24,881 nt of DNA from Octopus sinensis (taxonomy: Eukaryota), in contig NW_021836249.1 in assembly GCF_006345805.1 (NCBI RefSeq), forward strand, positions 1-24,881, given 5' to 3'. A program made the position numbers and the translations under genes. Positions within the stretch are counted from its first letter, which is position 1; each line of letters starts with the position of its first letter. Shown in pieces: positions 22,230 to 24,881 of the stretch. The notes under the pieces were generated by a model. The model saw only the letters and a program-made list of their open reading frames with translations. It searched no databases and was not told the DNA's origin.

Positions 22230-22555
22230 GGAGAGGGGTTAGTTAATTAAATCTATCCTAGTATTTGATTGGTAGGTTATTTATCAAACACAGTGAACTG
22301 AAAACAAAATTGATTTCAGCTGCATTGAAACTCAAAGCATAAAGAGCCGAGAGAACTGCTGAGAGGTTTTTTGTCCGGCGCATTAATAATTTTTCCCATC
22401 CATCAACTTTGCAGAATCTATGCCAGTATTGGATTGCTATTTATTTATCAACCCCACAAGGATTAAATTCAAAGATGACCTCGATGGAATTTGAATTTAG
22501 AACATAGGAACTGAAACGAATACTACATGGCTGTCCACCTAACTCTGTAACGACC
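22230..22555 (-). mobile_element. Old SINE family A fragments
   Basis: Diverged reverse complements of the core and B box (attgaaactcaaagcataaag; gaatttgaatttagaacatagg). Confidence 0.55.
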
Positions 22556-22819
22556 AATTCTCGGCGTGTAATAATATTTGTAACTCCATGTAACTCCATT
22601 GTTCTGACTACTGCAATCTGTGCCAGGAAGGCTTGGAAGAGAACAGTGAACATGGATAGAATAGTAAAAGTATTCTCTCAAAGGTACCTCAAAAAGGGCC
22701 TGAGAGTCAACTAACGAGATCGTGTCACAACTGGGAAGATTCTGAGTAAAATACGACCACTGCAAGAGATTGAAGTAGAGCGCTGATTCCGCCTGGCTGA
22801 CCACATTCTCCGGCTAGCC

Positions 22820-23695
22820 TAATGATTCTCAACCATTTTTTTTTTGCCTTTGAACCCCTTAGATTACTGTTCTGTTCTGATGGAACTCCAAAGCCATTCG
22901 ATGTTTAAAATTAGTTTTATAGATGTTTCTTTCAAAACTACTATTTCGTTTTTCACGCATTCACTTGTGTAAGCTGAACTATGTAAAACGTTAGAGGAAG
23001 AAATCTAGCTGTTTCTTGCAATAAATACATCCAAAGTAACATTTTTCTATGCAAACTGAAAGCATTATTGGGTTTTCCGAAAAGTTCGTGCCGATTTTTA
23101 AAGGAAAGAAAAAGGTCAATAAATACTTGCCATTACATTTTTAATCAACCAAATATGAACCATTTTGTTACACAATGCGTCTCCATATTTCCTTTAATTT
23201 GAAAATACCCTCTTTCCAGAATTGAGGTGGTTTCAGGGCAAAGAATTCATCAAGGTATCTTTTTACCTCATCCAAGGAACTGAAATTTTTACCATTAAGA
23301 CTATTCTGCAGAGACCTGAATAAGTGGAAATCCGAAGGAACAATATCTGGTGAATATGGAGGGTGGGGTAACACATCCCAGCCGAGCCGCAGCAATTTTT
23401 GTCTGGTTCCCAAAGCATCAAGTGCCGAAAATGAACTTTCTTATCTTCCATTTTAAAGGGTTACAGAATTAACACAGATTATAGGAACATAAACCTTCTT
23501 CCACGAAAAGATAGCTTAAACTGTGCTCTAAATGGAGGTGTAGTCAAATCCTATTTTATGGACTCAACCAAGTTCTAAAATAAGTCGAAAGGTAAGCTAC
23601 TATAAATCGGCACGAACTTTCCGGACAACCCAATACTTACTATTTTGCGTGTGTGGACCCCCAGGGATCATATGGAGCCCGGTTGAGAACCACTG
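22820..23695. mobile_element. hAT MITE (~307 bp without its nested mariner)
   Basis: Ends taatgattctcaacc / ggttgagaaccactg. 8-bp TSD GGCTAGCC (22812-22819) / GTCTAGCC (23696-23703), 7 of 8 matching. Confidence 0.8.
23067..23633 (-). mobile_element. Internally deleted mariner (Tc1/mariner), 567 bp
   Basis: About 30-bp TIRs TTGGGTT(T/G)TCCG(A/G)AAAGTTCGTGCCGATTT with TA at both flanks. The N-terminus MEDKKVHFRHLMLWE is fused out of frame to TRQKLLRLGWDVLPHPPYSPDIVPSDFHLFRSL (mariner YSPDLAPSDF motif). Confidence 0.95.
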
Positions 23696-23959
23696 GTCTA
23701 GCCGATCTACGACTCCCGAAAACAGTCGTGACTTGGGTACCATCCGTCGGCAAGCATAAAAAAGGCAGACCAAAGACACTTGACGGCGGACATTTCAAGA
23801 TGACTTAATCGCAGTCAACATTACGTGGAATGTATGGGCAAGAGTAGCAACCTACCGACCTCGGTGGATGAAGCGCACCGCCCAATGCGCTGAGCAGTGT
23901 AAGTGAATCTAAACCAATTATTTGATATATTTATTTCAAATTTTGTCTAAAGACCAGCA

Positions 23960-24180
23960 ATTTCAGGGAGGAGGTAACTTGATTCCATCGATACCTGCAG
24001 TTGATTGGTTCTTGTTTTATAGAACCCGAAAGATGAAAAGCAAAGTCGACTTCGGCAGAATTTGAACTCAGAACTTAAAGACGGACGAAATACTACTAAG
24101 TACTAAGTACCTAGTACGGACGAAATACTACTAAGCATTTTACCCGGAGTGCTAACAACTCTGCCAGTTCGCCGCCTTAA
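23960..24180 (-). mobile_element. SINE family A with an internal 20-bp duplication
   Basis: Reverse complement of head aaggcggcgaactggcagag and core; acggacgaaatactactaag occurs twice (about 24080 and 24116). Confidence 0.8.
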
Positions 24181-24627
24181 TTATCTATTATTATCTAATA
24201 TTACGCTTTGTGCTATTCTGTGTTTATATATCAAAGCCACCGCTCACGAGCGAGTATTACTATGCTTTTGATAATTGTTTTTGACGCCTATGTAGTAGTG
24301 TTCAGATATAGATAACCTATCAGTCCTCCTATCTCTGACCCGGCGAAACAATACGAAATGGTGGAGAGAAAGAAAGAAAGTGAGAGAGCTGGAATGCATT
24401 TTCAGCTGAGTATGCTAGAGCAACGTGAAATAAAGTATCTTGCTTAAGGACGTAAGGTGTGTGCGCTCGGAAGACCTCCATGACGATGGGTAAATGATTT
24501 AGTTAAACGATTTGGATAAAAAGGAAAAGTATGGCGTAATCAAGAAAGAACTGGAAGTGCACTGTGACCAGCGATGTTTAACATCTGATAACCTGACCCA
24601 TAGGAGTGATACAGCGACCCTACCCCG

Positions 24628-24664
<37 letters not shown>

Positions 24665-24715
24665 TATATACAAAGTAAAATCTTAAGAAGAGATGAGAGT
24701 AGTACTATATTAACT

Positions 24716-24869
24716 AGTAAAGATAATCGCCACATCAAGTGGCTGTTCCATGTTACTCTACTAGTTTAACCAGTGCTGCTGCACTGATAACCAGCTAGCA
24801 AATGATCTGCCTGGGGCTAAACTAGTAGTAACATGGAACAGCCACTTTGATGTGGTGATTAACTTTACT
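24716..24869. mobile_element. Foldback MITE-like element with ~55-bp imperfect TIRs in a TA-rich context
   Basis: Left agtaaagataatcgccacatcaagtggctgttccatgttactctactagtttaacc versus right reverse complement agtaaagttaatcaccacatcaaagtggctgttccatgttactactagtttagcc. Confidence 0.85.
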
Positions 24870-24881
24870 TATATATATAAT

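Larger units (their letters stand above)
22590..23903 (+). mobile_element. RTE-clade LINE 3' fragment, interrupted by a hAT MITE
   Basis: NSIVLTTAICARKAWKRT...VFSQRYLKK..RVN*RDRVT...RLADHILRL[insert]ADLRLPKTVVTWVPSVGKHKKGRPKT/RRTFQDDL...WARVATYRPRW matches the RTE C-terminal pattern. The frame is continuous once the MITE and one TSD are removed. Confidence 0.8.

Noticed and set aside
22441-22804. Minus-strand ORFs as the upstream (ATG-containing) MCT exon
   Set aside because: The region is the antisense of an RTE LINE fragment plus SINE remnants.
18511-23695. One 5.2-kb composite hAT element capturing two MCT exons (matching inverted ends at 18511 and 23695)
   Set aside because: The 23695 end has its own partner at 22820 with a 7/8 TSD match and restores the RTE frame. 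The flanks of the long pairing match only 5/8, which the shared target preference explains.

Overview
AT-rich, microsatellite-dense eukaryotic DNA. The SINE and microsatellite repertoire is typical of an octopus (coleoid cephalopod); this is inferred from recognition, not tested. One host gene is supported: a minus-strand SLC16/monocarboxylate-transporter (MFS) gene with four internal coding exons (22168-21898, 19780-19637, 5103-4822, 2628-2086). They join in frame through GT-AG junctions, and both gene ends lie outside the window or were not found. The introns are packed with tRNA-derived SINEs (at least 4 families), LINE fragments (CR1, RTE, R4/Dong-like), DNA transposon relics (hAT, mariner, MITEs) and microsatellites. 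The most notable signal is a set of four Penelope-type minimal hammerhead-ribozyme motifs from different repeat families. One has an intact canonical core, lies on the host gene's sense strand and sits in the loop of a perfect 32-bp inverted repeat. Another forms the 3' end of a tRNA-headed SINE. Also seen: a CR1 LINE/SINE shared tail with a covarying hairpin, a probable R4/Dong template-jump chimera, and a three-level nested insertion (RTE > hAT MITE > mariner). Repeat boundaries are approximate unless fixed by a TSD/TIR.
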